A DNA stretch of 63,930 nt, counting the filler, from Phoronis australis (taxonomy: Eukaryota > Animalia > Phoronida), in NCBI GenBank assembly GCA_002633005.1. It is 6 parts of 6 records of this genome, joined end to end, with 100 filler letters (N's around TTAATTAATTAA, not from the genome) between each part and the next. Parts side by side here need not be neighbours in the genome. Positions count along the whole stretch, not along the records: positions 30,977 to 53,383 come from NMRA01000260.1; positions 53,484 to 56,298 come from NMRA01000955.1; positions 56,399 to 59,188 come from NMRA01000594.1; positions 59,289 to 62,262 come from NMRA01003298.1; 2 more parts are not named here. One strand, written 5' to 3'. Under the pieces are notes generated by a model. It ran no database searches. It was given only the letters and a program-made list of their open reading frames with translations, and was not told where the DNA came from. A program made the position numbers and the translations under genes. Shown here piece by piece: positions 49,812 to 62,362 of this stretch (position 1 is the stretch's first letter; each line of letters begins with the position of its first letter).

Positions 49812-51540
49812 GTATGATTTAATTCTTCTATCTGTAGTTCTACATTGTTTTCACATAAGAAACTTCCCAAGAGAATTTTAAAATTGATTATAATTATTTG
49901 GACTTCACACCTCTCCAATGTTGCGTCCTCGGTTTTTCATCTTGACTGAAACAGTACCCAAGGTAGCGTTGCGTCGTCTGTAAAGTTAAGAACACGCAAG
50001 AAATCGAAAAATAATGCAGGTGAAAAGCGAGTGCTTTGTGAACTTTTTCGTCCTAGGCCCTCAGCTTGCTTGCCTATTTTTGCAAAATGGCAACCACTGA
50101 AGTGATTGGTCTATTTATCCTTCGACTCTGGGGTATATTTCAGCTTCACGTGATTTGACCACATTTTTATGATATTAAACTACGAGCAGTTCTTCACTTT
50201 ATCAAATTTTCACATAATGTTTCCATTTCTCTAATTTATCTGAATAAATATTGCTGATCAACGATTTCAGTTAAACGCTTTTCCTTTCTTGTTAGCTTAT
50301 ACGAGTTATCTCACCAAAAGTATTGTTCTACTGTAATTCAAATAAACTCTTTTGTTTAAGTTAGCAGAGAGCGTATTGATCGTCGCCGGCGTTTATCACT
50401 GAGATTATAATCCAAGTTATGGTAGCTAAGGCTTTGAAACATGAACTTTATGTATAGCTTGATTTGAATGCACCAGTTTACCCCCATCATTAAAGAACCA
50501 GGTGTTTACAGATGCACGGCAGATTTTAACGTCAATTGTTCGAGACTAGATAGTTACAGTGTGCTATGGCCGAAAGATGGCTTTTCAAAATTGTTGGTGG
50601 TTTTGGGTTTGGAAATCCAGGTACAGACCTCAGTTCCACACGATTTACGAAAAATGAAAAGAAAACTTTAAACTGGGTCAAACACTTCAAAGAACTTGCA
50701 AAATAACCAAAAAATACTGATTCCGAATAGATTTTTTCTCCATCTTTAAGACAACGTAATATGCAGTTGGCTACTGAAAAAATGAGCAAAAATGCACTGA
50801 ATTGGCATTCTCACCCCAAATCCAGCATCTGCTGCAATGACTGTCATCTTAGAAATAGTGTATCCAGATTGCAGAATTAAGCGCTCTCAGTTATTAAAGT
50901 CATGTGAAAGCCAGGATTCTTACAAATCCTATTGCTTGAAGAGTCATTGAATTTCCTGCTAAATTGCATGTTTTCACTAGTCGTACAAATATGTGACATT
51001 TTAAGAAAAGCAAAGAATATTGAGTTCAACGTGTATACAGGTCTCCGTAAATCCCATCGGAAATTGCCGTAATTGACACGGCGTCCCGTACTCTGGAGAT
51101 TTTCTTAAACTGCAAGTCAATTTAAAGCTGACCGTTCTTCTACATGTAATTTTATTCAATTGCCTCTGACTACGCCAAGTCGAGGCTTCGAACAATGTTT
51201 GCCTTTTTAGCAACACCCACAAAATTTGTTCTTCAATAACCTGAGATTGTTATTATCTCGTTCTGTTCTCATAATAACATGCAGACATAAGTGATTAATA
51301 CCCAGACGCCGTTTAGACCAACTGTGTACCAATGTTTTGAATATTCTATCGAAAGACCAAAGAAAGAAGATAAAACCAGATAAACTGCAACTCAATTTAA
51401 TCCAAAATATTTCAGCAAGAATGTATGAAATATTGAAATAAAAAACTTATCCTACCACGCCGACAAAAAAATATATTTAAAAATGTTTGAAGTCGTGGCC
51501 ATGAGCCCTCATGATGAACGCCGATGATTCTTTTCTCTAG

Positions 51541-51682
51541 CGCTGCCGGCAGTGATTTCAAGCTGACGACAGACGAGTCTCTGGTAATTGTCTCTCACGA
51601 TGGCCGCGTGTTCTGGAGATTTCCCACCACCTTGTCAAGCTTCTGTCCGCTAGATGTCACCTACTTCCCCTTCGATAAACAG
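51541..51682 (+). CDS. nAChR-like subunit, exon 5 (first part of the Cys-loop)
   Basis: 142 nt, phase 2-0: AAGSDFKLTTDESLVIVSHDGRVFWRFPTTLSSFCPLDVTYFPFDKQ. Confidence 0.96.
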
Positions 51683-52622
51683 GTAAATAGGGTAAAGCTC
51701 ATGGACATGACAGCGTGTGTAGCGACATACACCAGACAATAAGCCTCAAAATTGACTGATGCTGTTTTAATTCCTTTTAAAAATCATTGTGATTATAAAC
51801 GATGGAAATCTCATCACCGTTGGATCCCCGGATCTTCTTGTTTGCATCCCATCGACAACTTCTAGCCACTGTTGACTTCTGGAAAGCACTCGTATTCCCG
51901 ACGCTCAACTCACCAGGACTATTCGATATATGCGCATCTTAAAAAGTTCCTTGTCTGCACACATGTACGTGTATGAAAGGTGGTGCAATGTACTACGTGA
52001 TGGTATCTATCGTTTACATGCATAATACATCGACTGCCACCAATGTATATACAAGAGTTGTTGATTGAAGCAGAGCTTGTACCATTTTGGCCATAGTTTT
52101 GTTGGATCCGAGTATATCCAAACGGTTATATTGTCGTATACGATGTCGATAAAAAGTTGTGTGCGAAAGATCGGAGTGTGCATATGTACGTGTAGATGGC
52201 GCGCAACAACATATCGTCATGCCGTTAATGTCTGTATCCTCCATCCAAACTGTTGGCTGAATTTTTCCCAGTAGTTTTTTTTTTTTCTAGTTAAGTGTGT
52301 TGGCTTATGTCCTTCGACTCTCGGCTGTAAATAAGCTTACGGATGGCTTGGCTTGTTGCACGAAAATCGGTCCATAACTCGAAATCAAAACACACATAGG
52401 CTTAGGCACTCAACAAGACTGAGTACTAAACGCTTTGAGATGTTTAAAATACAAAAAGTGAACTGTTGACTCTACGTATTCATACTTATGACTTTTGGCT
52501 AGAGCAATGAGACAAAAGCAAATAGTTTCCTTGAGAAACAGGTCACGTGTCTCTAAAGCACTTTACTGCACCCTCTCCACGCATGTCTCTGCTGCAAGTT
52601 TATGAGTGTGTATTTTTAACAG

Positions 52623-52716
52623 GTGTGTCACATGAAGTTTGGCTCATGGGTGTTCAATTTGCATCAACTAGATCTACACTCGGTAAGAGAGACCGGGGAC
52701 ACAAGTGTGTATAAAG
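52623..52716 (+). CDS. nAChR-like subunit, exon 6
   Basis: 94 nt, phase 0-1: VCHMKFGSWVFNLHQLDLHSVRETGDTSVYK. Completes C-x13-C and loop B (FGSW). Later exons were not found before the linker. Confidence 0.93.
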
Positions 52717-52814
52717 GTATGTTTTTATAAGCACAGAGCCTGGGAAGCTGGGGTCTTCGGAGCTGTTTCTTAGGTACTCTGCAGTTCACAGCGGTAGACA
52801 AAGGCCTATGTTAA

Positions 52815-53383
52815 TTTTATGTACACATATTTTTGTATTTGGGTGCATGTTGCCGTAATCTCTGGGCGTCCGGTGTCTGCAGCTGTATCTCCTAAACTGT
52901 ATGCACGTTCATAACGAGATTTGTCAGATGTGCCGACCCCTAGTGACGATTTTTGTTTTTCGTGTTCACGGTAATATCCCCTTAACATTTGAAGGATCTT
53001 TGTAAAACTTGACCGATTTGTGCCTATTGAGATGATAACAGATGACGACGAGTTTCAGACCAATCCGACTACAGATGCGCCCCTAGTGGCAGTTGGCTTT
53101 TATATGTTTACTTCTGTATCTCCTTAGTTCCTTCATGGATTTACATGAAATTTAAAAAGATTTTTGTTAAAGAGATGATGACGCCTTCCTGTTTCGGACG
53201 GATTTGACACATTCTGGTTCTTTTCTAGCGTTTGCCTCTTAATCTACCCAACTGTTCAAAGGATCATTATGAATAATAGCAATTGTGTTCCTTTTGAGAA
53301 TACCATCACTGACATTGATATTTAGACGGATCTGATACCCGTGGCGCCCGCATGGGATGATTTTGTATTTTTGCTGCCATGAC
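52815..53383 (+). mobile_element. Helentron-like (HINE) copy, 5' part, cut by the contig end
   Basis: Starts TTTTATGTACAC...GGGTGCAT...GGCGTCCGGTGTCTG and has GCCCCTAGTGGCAG modules; homologous to the reverse complement of 21000-21933. Confidence 0.6.
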
Positions 53384-53483
53384 NNNNNNNNNNNNNNNNN
53401 NNNNNNNNNNNNNNNNNNNNNNNNNNNTTAATTAATTAANNNNNNNNNNNNNNNNNNNNNNNNNNNNNNNNNNNNNNNNNNNN
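53384..53483. other. Artificial contig linker
   Basis: N44-TTAATTAATTAA-N44. Confidence 0.98.
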
Positions 53484-53936
53484 TCTCGGGGGCGGACCTT
53501 TTTGCCCACTTCGCCACATGGGGGGCTCGATGCGCGCATGCATTGAAAGTGGGTTAAAGATGTCTGTTCCAAACATTCTCGTGGGAATTAACGATCTCGT
53601 TGCTTACTGAACTTCGTTGCAAATTCTTGCTACTTGGGGTTTCCCTGCCATTGGTTGCCTCGCATCTTATCCATAATTGCTACCCAATAACATTTCGCAT
53701 TGACTTAGTATGCAAAGTTTTAAAGAAAATTTGCATAAAGTGGTTAACCCAGGCAGACGTGTAAAGTTCTCATGAGAATTCCCATCAAGTCGGCAAAAAT
53801 CACACAAATTGTATCCGACTCACCGGAAACGTGCTCGTGAAAAATTCCAAAATCGCAGGTTTTTGGTAAGTGTGGGTGGTCATGATGGGACTATATAAAG
53901 TGTGCATGGAACGTGGGAATTCAGTTTATTAACACC

Positions 53937-55439
53937 ATGGCTCGTCAGATAAATCTCCAAGACTACAGATATTTTTCAACAAACTCGAGATATTCCGACG
54001 ACGGTCAACTTTCTGAAGACAAATTTCCTACTATCTACGCAGAAGCACTGCAGAACATGCGGCAACCCATGTTACTGGGGCGACGCCCCTACCAGATCTG
54101 ACCAGTTTCTGTGGCGGTGCGGCCCCTGCCGTACTTCCATATCTATACGGGACGGGAGTTTTTTTTTCCAAGTCGAAGCTGAGCCTTGATAGACTGACGC
54201 AATTCATTTGTTTGTGGTCTATGGATAAGTTGCCCATGGCAACCATCAGGCATGAGCTGGCCATCAACTCCACCAGGACCATAGTGGACTGGAATAACTT
54301 TATGCGTGACGTATGCCAGACGGATTATGTGAACAATTTCGCCCTCATTGGAGGTCCCGGGACCATAGTTGAGGTGAGAAACTAACATACAACTCTCGAT
54401 CGCTATCAATGTGGGGGGTAAAGTAAACTCTGTTCAATTAAATGTTGGTAATAAAATATAAAGGTTATTTTATTGTTTTTAACAAAGCACAGACCTCCCA
54501 AAGCTAATCGCGTCTAAAACTCGCCGTTACCAAAAATATTTAAAATGTTTACAATAAAAAATCCACGGTTGACCGTCTTTTCTTCATTTCAAATATTACT
54601 TAAATTTGGAAATGAAAGATCTCCTACATTTACATATTTTTTCAGATCGACGAATCGAAATTTGGAAGGAGAAAGTACAACAGAGGACGGCACGTTGACG
54701 GGAGATGGGTGGTTGGCGGGGTGAATAGGGCAGACAAGACTGAGATGTTCCTCGTACCTGTAAATCGTCNGTAATAAAATATAAAGGTTATTTTATAGTT
54801 TTTAACAAAGCACAGACCTCCCAAAGCTAATCGCGTCTAAAAGTCGCCGTTACCAAAAATATTTAAAATGTTTACAATAAAAAATCCACGGTTGACCGCC
54901 TTTTCTTCATTTCAAATATTACTTGAATTTGGAAATGAAAGATCTCCTATATTTACATTATTTTTCAGATCGACGAATCGAAATTTGGAAGGAGAAAGTA
55001 CAACAGAGGACCGCACGTTGACGAAAGATGGGTGGTTGGTGGCGTGAATAGGGCAGACAAGACTGAGATGTTCCTCGTACCTGTAAATCGTCGAAACGCA
55101 GCAACGCTTCTTCCAATCACCCGAGCCCACGTCAGACCGGGAACTCGTATCATCACCGATGAATGGCGAGCTTACCGCAGATTAAACCAACTTGGGTACT
55201 TGCATGACTCGGTGAACCACAACTTGAACTTCGTTGACCAGGCGGACCCCACCTGCCACACCAATAACATCGAGGGGCTCTTGCAGGACGTGAAGCGAAA
55301 GTTCAAAAGAATGGCAGGAACACGGAAGGAGGGACCACTTTTGGAAACGTACCTACATGAATATATGTGGCGTAAACGGTATGACGGGAACACCTTCCAT
55401 GATATTATAACGAATATTATCGACCAGTACGTGGTATAA
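53937..55439 (+). mobile_element. Merlin (IS1595/ISXO2-like) DDE transposase gene, two exons
   Basis: TATA at ~53892, ATG at 53937. Exon 1 (to 54373, with shifts): ...FLLSTQKHCRTCG.PM...DQFLWRCGPCRTSISIRDGSFFSKSKLSL...TIVDWNNFMRDVC...IGGPGTIVE|GT. Exon 2 (54969-55439): IDESKFGRRKYNRG..V...WVVGG...RNAATLLPI...VRPGTRIITDEWRAY...VNHNLNFVD...HTNNIEG...YLHEYMWR. Confidence 0.95.
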
Positions 55440-56298
55440 GAAAACTCGTTTGCAATAAGACAATCCGTTGACTCAGTGCTGCTGTTGGTGCACGTTACTT
55501 TAATGCAGTCCTAATGATATTGTTATCATGTTACCAGTCTTGATTGTAATTGAATATTAAAATGTTTACTGTCATTTACATTCTCTCCTTTGAGTTCACT
55601 GACGTTGTCACGGTGGCCTTTATTTAAAGTGGCGTAGTATTACGACAAGGGCAGTGTGGTAATAAACTTACTCAATGAAAGGATATTTGTGAATATATTG
55701 AAGAGAGTCTTCTGCATCTTCCCCCAAATCTTGTCGTATGGATTGATGATTTCACAGCACTGGGCTATTCCAATATGAATCGTGATCGAATAGGTGCGAT
55801 AATTACATGGACCAATTTTTCATTTCATGCACAAGCTCTTGTCATGAGTGCGCAGGTATAAGTAAAGACGCAGGGTTCCCCTTTACCAGAGCTACTGCGT
55901 GTGTACGCCGGTCTCATTCGCATTTAAATGATGTTGACCTTAAAATAATTGGGCAGAAGTCTTCCCTATCCCCGACTTACGGCGGAGAAGACCATTCACA
56001 TGGTGTTGTCCTAAAAAAATAATGCAGGGATTCCCCCTATCACCGGGTCTCGTGAGGGTACAGTGTACGCCGGCTAAGACATTTAGGTCCGAAACGCTAA
56101 CATAACTTGTGACTAGCAAAACAAAGCGAAATGGTGCGGAGTAGTGAATATAAAAGTCATGAAGTAACAAACTGACATTTACTTTACCCTGCTTTTTTCG
56201 GCCGCCGCCGAAATGCAAACGTATCATAGTATCTGAATAAAATTTTAGGGCCCTCAATCCCTTGATTTTGGGGCCGAATACATGGGCGCACCTGGGGG

Positions 56299-56398
56299 NN
56301 NNNNNNNNNNNNNNNNNNNNNNNNNNNNNNNNNNNNNNNNNNTTAATTAATTAANNNNNNNNNNNNNNNNNNNNNNNNNNNNNNNNNNNNNNNNNNNN
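56299..56398. other. Artificial contig linker
   Basis: N44-TTAATTAATTAA-N44. Confidence 0.98.
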
Positions 56399-56399
56399 C

Positions 56400-56892
56400 T
56401 GTAAATGTGGTGTCCATCAATCGTATCCTCATATTTTCTTCAAATGTCCCCTCATCGAATACCAGAGAGACTCATTCTTTCGTGCACTCAATGAAAATCA
56501 ATCAATTGTTAACGCTCTCAATTCTTGTAATAATATCCCTACTAGAGTTACATTATTATTGAATGGTAGTCCTAACCTTGACCTCGTTCTCAACGAATTC
56601 CTCCTAAACAACGTTAGTAAATTTTTATGTACCGTTTATCAATATTGTTGCATCTGATTTCCCCACATGAATCTGTACATATTTTTGTTTTTATATATCT
56701 GTAATAGCCTATCTAAGTATTGGAATACTTATTTTAGATATTACTTAATTGTACATACTTCTATGTATATTAGTTTCATTTATGGATTGTTTACAACCCA
56801 GATATAATGCTTCGCGGTTTCTGGGTTTGTTATTATTTATTTGTATGTTCTGTGTATCCATGAATAAATATATATCACTTTGAAAAAAAAAA
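56400..56892 (+). mobile_element. 3' end of a LINE (ORF2 C-terminal CCHC zinc knuckle, 3' UTR, A tail)
   Basis: Open frame 56400-56657: CKCGVHQSYPHIFFKCPLIEYQR...LLLNGSPNLDLVLNEFLLNNVSKFL. Followed by a stem-loop AACCCAGA...TCTGGGTT (~56795-56827), AATAAA and an A-run ending at ~56892. Confidence 0.8.
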
Positions 56893-57529
56893 TGTCCCTT
56901 TGTTCCTATTTACATGTAAATCTGACCCTGCCAAATATTCACGAGGGAAGCTGAGATTCGAAATTTATCAAAAAAACGAAAAACGTTCATTCAAAGCACA
57001 GCAGTATCAAGATATTCGACCCAAACAACTAAAAAGTATTTGAAAAAAAATACAATAGGATTGACCGCCATCGTAAAGGAGTCAGGACTTTTAAAGAACA
57101 TGAAGACCGTTGTTTGTTAATGACACAAATAGGACCATTTCAGATGGTTATATACAAAATAATTTTACTGTTTCCCATGTTATCACAAGAAATGCATCTC
57201 TTTTAAAGATGGTTACTATGAGTTGTTTATAAGGAATTCTCACATGTGGAAAACACTGCTGTCGAGACTACATGTACCATTGGGGTGACCGTGTACATGT
57301 CGTAGGAGTGTACCCAAATATTCGCAATAATAAACAAATTGAACAAATATTTCAGCGGGTTTTTTGAGGTCAAGTTAAATTCGTGAATCGTGATAGATAC
57401 ATCAGAAAGAGCAAAAATACACCTCACTATGAATACCTAATCCCTATATTCCCCCGGTTGCCCGTCAAAAGTCTGCGAGCATACATGCGAAAATTGCTTA
57501 TAACATTCGGTTTTGATTAACAAATTCGT

Positions 57530-58165
57530 TGGTTTCTGATATACGTGTTTATGTATCACAAAAACCGAGATGTTAATAGGTGATTTTTGCCAATGAGAAT
57601 CTAATCTTTTAAAAAATGATGACGGTTCATGGAATTAAATTGAAGCCTGAATATGGAAAACTATAATCCGATCCCCTAGTAGTAAAGAGCAATTGGACGC
57701 TTTTGCCTATTTAAAATAACTCTCAAAAACATTGATGAATTTTGGACACTTTCAAAAAAAAAATTACTCAAAATTCAAATGACAATAAATGCATTGCTTT
57801 TTGACTTCGGTATAAGATTTTTTGTTTAAAATCACTAACAGGGGATTAAATCAAGGTAAACGCATTGCTCATGGATTTGATTATTGGTTTCTGATTTACA
57901 TGTTTATGTATCTACGAAAAGTGGACTGATTGAGGGATGATTTTTTGACAACTAGAAGCTAATCTTTTAAGAAATGACACTACTTCAATGCATTTAATTG
58001 CGGCCGACATTGGGAAAATTCGACTTATCATCAAATCCACAAATATAAAAGTACACCAAACGATTTCTGTCTATGTAAAATAAGTCTTATAGAAATTGAT
58101 GAATTTCGGACAACTCAAACTCAACAATGTGTCCTAAAATGTTCTCACAATTCAAATGGTCATAA
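57530..58165. repeat. Diverged tandem duplication, period ~356 bp
   Basis: The blocks TTGGTTTCTGAT.TAC.TGTTTATGTATC, CTAATCTTTTAA, ATTGATGAATTT.GGACA and ATTCAAATG recur in the same order twice. Confidence 0.7.
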
Positions 58166-58396
58166 ATAGTTTATTAACTCAGGAACTAGATTACTGGTAT
58201 TAAGTTTACAAACCTTAGATGAAAGACGAAGTTTAGGTATTGAAAAAAATAAAATCAAACCTATTGGTCATGAACTTGGAAAAGTTGTCTTTGAAATTCC
58301 TCGATGTTTTTGGATTCCAGTAGTATTACGCAACAAATTTTTGTTCTTCAAAACTGAAGCGTTAGCTTGCTTTTCCCGTGCATACTACACACAGAG

Positions 58397-58620
58397 CATT
58401 CGCGCATCCAGCCTAAAGAAGGGGGGGGGCTAACATTTTTGAGGATGTGGACCTTTTACTAAAGAAAATAAAAACTGCGGGGTTCGTTCATGCTATGCAT
58501 TGTGTATACGCCGTATCCTGCCTTGTCTCATTTATGTCGGATGTTTTGTTTCGCTGAGGCGGACCTTTCTGCCCACATTGCACCCCCCGAGCCCCGAGCC
58601 AACCCCCAGGTGCGCGCATG
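58397..58620. mobile_element. Second copy of the CATGCGCGCAC MITE, inverted
   Basis: Its reverse complement matches 37571-37837 (AAAGGTCCGCCTCAG.GAAACAAAA, AAATGAGACAA, AGTAAAAGGTCCACAT). Confidence 0.65.
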
Positions 58621-58655
58621 CGCGGATGACGTCATGACAGTTACACACCAACGTT

Positions 58656-59188
58656 AACAAGAGCAACGCATAGCGTTGAAATGCGCCCACAATTGCACCG
58701 TATACGGTATCCTTCTAGGGTTGTTTATTGGTACCATAAAGTGGCCAGTAGAGGGCATACATGTATATGTAGTATGTTGTACTTAGCAAAATGGAAAGGC
58801 ATGGTCATTGTTTTCTCAATAGGCTAGGGGCAAAATGGGAGTAATCTTCATAATACAAGCACATCCTATACACCAGTTGCTTAAAGCACCACAGAAACAT
58901 AGAATTAAAAACAAATTTACCAACATACGAGATTAGCACAGCATTAGATTGCCAGAAACAAATTTCTACTTGGAGCTTTTCCTTTATAGTCACGAAGTTA
59001 TACAAAGTATACACCTGAAGACCTATGAAAATACAGTGGTCAATGTAAAATACTAAAATTGCCACTAGAGGCAAATACTAAAATTGGCACTAGAGGCATA
59101 CCGGTAGTCAGAATCATCCTAAAGTCGTCATCGTCCGTTGTCAACATCACATAAATACACTTGCTAAATTTAGTAAAGATCCTGCAAA
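58656..59188 (-). mobile_element. Helentron-like (HINE) copy, 3' part, cut by the contig end
   Basis: Starts AACAAGAGCAACGCATAGCGTTGAAATGCGCCC; near-identical inverted copy of 62835-63327. Confidence 0.75.
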
Positions 59189-59288
59189 NNNNNNNNNNNN
59201 NNNNNNNNNNNNNNNNNNNNNNNNNNNNNNNNTTAATTAATTAANNNNNNNNNNNNNNNNNNNNNNNNNNNNNNNNNNNNNNNNNNNN
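59189..59288. other. Artificial contig linker
   Basis: N44-TTAATTAATTAA-N44. Confidence 0.98.
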
Positions 59289-60170
59289 TTGATTTTCTGA
59301 TAGTGCACCAGCAAAATGGCTGCCACAATTGAACTGGCTGAGCTTCACCTTTTATGATGCTAATTAAAAACACAAGTTGTGTTCACATGTAATTCACAAA
59401 ATCTTCCCATTAAGTGATGTCTCACTACAGTATTGATGAAATTATACATAAAGAGAACGAGTGCCTTCAAGAAAAAGGGGCGCCAAAAAACAAGTCACAA
59501 AATGGCTGATTTAAGCAGTGTAATCTAGGTCTTCTTTGAAACGATGTCTGTTTCAGACTCTCTTCACAAAATTCCAGTGGGCTAAGTTGTGCATACAAGT
59601 TTGAAGTGTTTTGTTTAATCTCTTAGTGTGATCCACAGAAAGTGGTATCAACATCCTATTTAAGGCGTATTTATTTTCGTAAAGTGAGATGTCCATCCTT
59701 AAACATATGGAGTTGCTGATGGTCGCAGTGTTCTCGCTGGTGACAGAAACAGAATCATATCATGGTGAGGAATATGAAGAGACATGTTTTAGGAAAGTAA
59801 AAGGCTTAATTCTATTTATATTTATTTGCAGCTACAGAGGGTGAAGTGAAGCTTTAAATTTACAACACCATTTTGATTGTTAGGTTTGATTTGTGTCACC
59901 CCACAAATTATGCCAAATAATTGATAATTGGCAAGAATAATACAAACAGGCATGACTAAGTTCTAAACAGGAAGCAAAACAATCTTCATAAGACCCATAC
60001 ACACACAGTAGAGTAAAACTTTGTCTGGACAAATTTTATACAGCACACTTCCACTTTCAGCATGAGGACATGATGTCAACAAAATCTTTACTTGATATCA
60101 CAATTAACCTATTTAAAGTAACTCAATCCAGTAGAAAAACACTAACATGAAACAGAAATTAGTATCCAAT

Positions 60171-60223
60171 ATCATGTGACCAGTATCATGTGACCAGTAT
60201 CATGTGACCAGTATCATGTGACC
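60171..60223. repeat. Minisatellite, 14 bp x4
   Basis: Unit ATCATGTGACCAGT. Confidence 0.9.
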
Positions 60224-62262
60224 TGAGATGTAAGGCCATGGTTCAGGCCTTTGAAGTCCCACACAAAATTGAAGAAAACATAGTGGGTCAGGTTTGATGG
60301 TTATTTTGTGGACTAACCAGAAAGTGATTGTCACGAATGAAGTCGTTTTGAGAAAATGATATCCAACCATTTGGCGTCTGCTCTTATCTACCCAGATACA
60401 GACGTCCCGGCAATTTCAAAGCACATCCTTTCTTGTTCAGTGGGGAATGTTTGGCACGAATACACACTCAGGTACCTTTCAGACAAGTGAAAATTGGCAA
60501 AAATCTGGTTGGTAATGTCATATTTTAACCTAAATTTCAGGACTCTAGAGTGCAAAAGCATTGCTGTTATTGCAGTCTCTCTTTCACAGGGGCAGTCATG
60601 TGATTCTAGGTACAAAAAGACCAAAATTGCAATTTTTGGTCATTTTTTGGACATGTCATTTCAACTTTTTCAGTGGACGCACCAGGCAAAAAGACATGGC
60701 TTTGCTGAAGTTCTTCATCTTTGAGAAACTTCACCCAGTATACATGTACTTGCGGTAAGTTATAGGCCAAGTCTTTCTTCCTGTTTCTTGAGACAGGGGC
60801 AAACAAATGCTTGCATTGATTAAAACCAGTGATAATGTCAAAATCAACCATTCAAACTGTGGTCTTGGCCATGAGGTTCAAATTATGAAAGGCTGATGTA
60901 GTAAATTGACAGAGTCGAAGGTTATGATGAGGATGAACTGAACTTTTAATAAAACATTACAGAACCAGCCAAAAAAAATTCTACTTCAAAACTTTATTGA
61001 TTGACATAGAATTATTTACATAGGCACACACCCTTAAATTAAAACCCTCCGTGAATGTTTTGCTTTGTCAGTAATTTATCAAGTTATCAGACAACAATAA
61101 AATAATTTGCTATTACTTAGCAACTTGCTGTTAATTATTATTATTTATGCTTGACATGCATTTCATCATTTAATTCACAATATTTAATGCTCGTAATTGG
61201 TTGCAAAGTTTGTTATTTATAATTATTTTTGTGTTATTCCTGGGTGGCTCTGTGGTCAGTAAGATGTAATATTCTTCTCATAGTCTCCAAACTAAATAAT
61301 TGTTTTGTAAATTGTTTTTAATATGATCTGAAAGAACTGCTCCACTATCACTAAGTACCTTTAAACAAGGAATTCTTTTAGTCACTCAAGAAATAAAGCA
61401 AAAAAACTAAGCCAGTCCCCCATGACACCCTGCCATTTTGCCAAACAAACCGACACAAACATGATAAAGAACACAATTAGAATTTAAGTTGCGGAATCCC
61501 TTTTTGGAATTTTTGATTGTTCTTGAAGTGTTTGGAATTAAAGCTAGACAAAATTTTATCAGTTTTCTTTGCTTTGAATTTTTTCCACAAACACGTTGAG
61601 GTCACTGGCAATGTTTTGTGTTTTTCTGGAGACATGCGGTTTTGAGGATTTCTTGAGCCTGAATGAAAGATGTAAAAAATACAAAAATTGATTTGATATT
61701 AGTCATCCGATTTACCAAACCTCTGTTTAGCACCTTTATAATAAAAATAATCAAACATACTACATGATTGAATATAATTATATGCCTTGGCTTGTTTTAC
61801 TGTGCAGGGTTCAAATCAACTCGTTTACTGTTAGTCTATAGACTGATGTATTCATGGAAATGAGGCTCTCTCACAACAACTGGCATGGCCTTGATATTAA
61901 AATATAAGGATAGCTTAAATTCAGGGGTCCCGTTCCAAGAAACTGACGTGTTTTCAGAAAATAGGATTATTTTGTCTAAAAGGCCAAAAGATTATACACG
62001 GGAAGTTATGGTTTGTAAGTCCCCAAGCAGGCTGTTAATCACTCCTTGCACAATAGCATTTACTTGGCCTGACTGAAACGTCTCTACAACAATACCAGGT
62101 GTTAGCCGCTTTTTCCCTAAACACAACGGACTGACCCATGCCTGTTCAAAACAAAGAGACAATCATTTCTCACCAAAGAACACCATCAAAGCTGTCCTGC
62201 TCTTGTATGACGGTTTACCAGTTTCCCCACTCATCACTGAATCGCTGATCTCGATGGGGTTG

Positions 62263-62362
62263 NNNNNNNNNNNNNNNNNNNNNNNNNNNNNNNNNNNNNN
62301 NNNNNNTTAATTAATTAANNNNNNNNNNNNNNNNNNNNNNNNNNNNNNNNNNNNNNNNNNNN
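62263..62362. other. Artificial contig linker
   Basis: N44-TTAATTAATTAA-N44. Confidence 0.98.

Noticed and set aside
53937-55439. Bacterial IS1595 contamination or horizontal transfer
   Set aside because: The gene has a spliceosomal intron and a TATA box, and the contig ends carry a host repeat family; it fits eukaryotic Merlin.
53636-56037. GGGGTTTCCCTGC / GCAGGGATTCCCC as the Merlin TIRs
   Set aside because: Short imperfect match with no flanking 8-9 bp TSD; element boundaries left undefined.
59474-59510. KGAPK as the ATP13A KGAPE exon
   Set aside because: The surrounding residues do not match (no FSS.LQRMSV), a stop follows, and there are no suitable splice sites.
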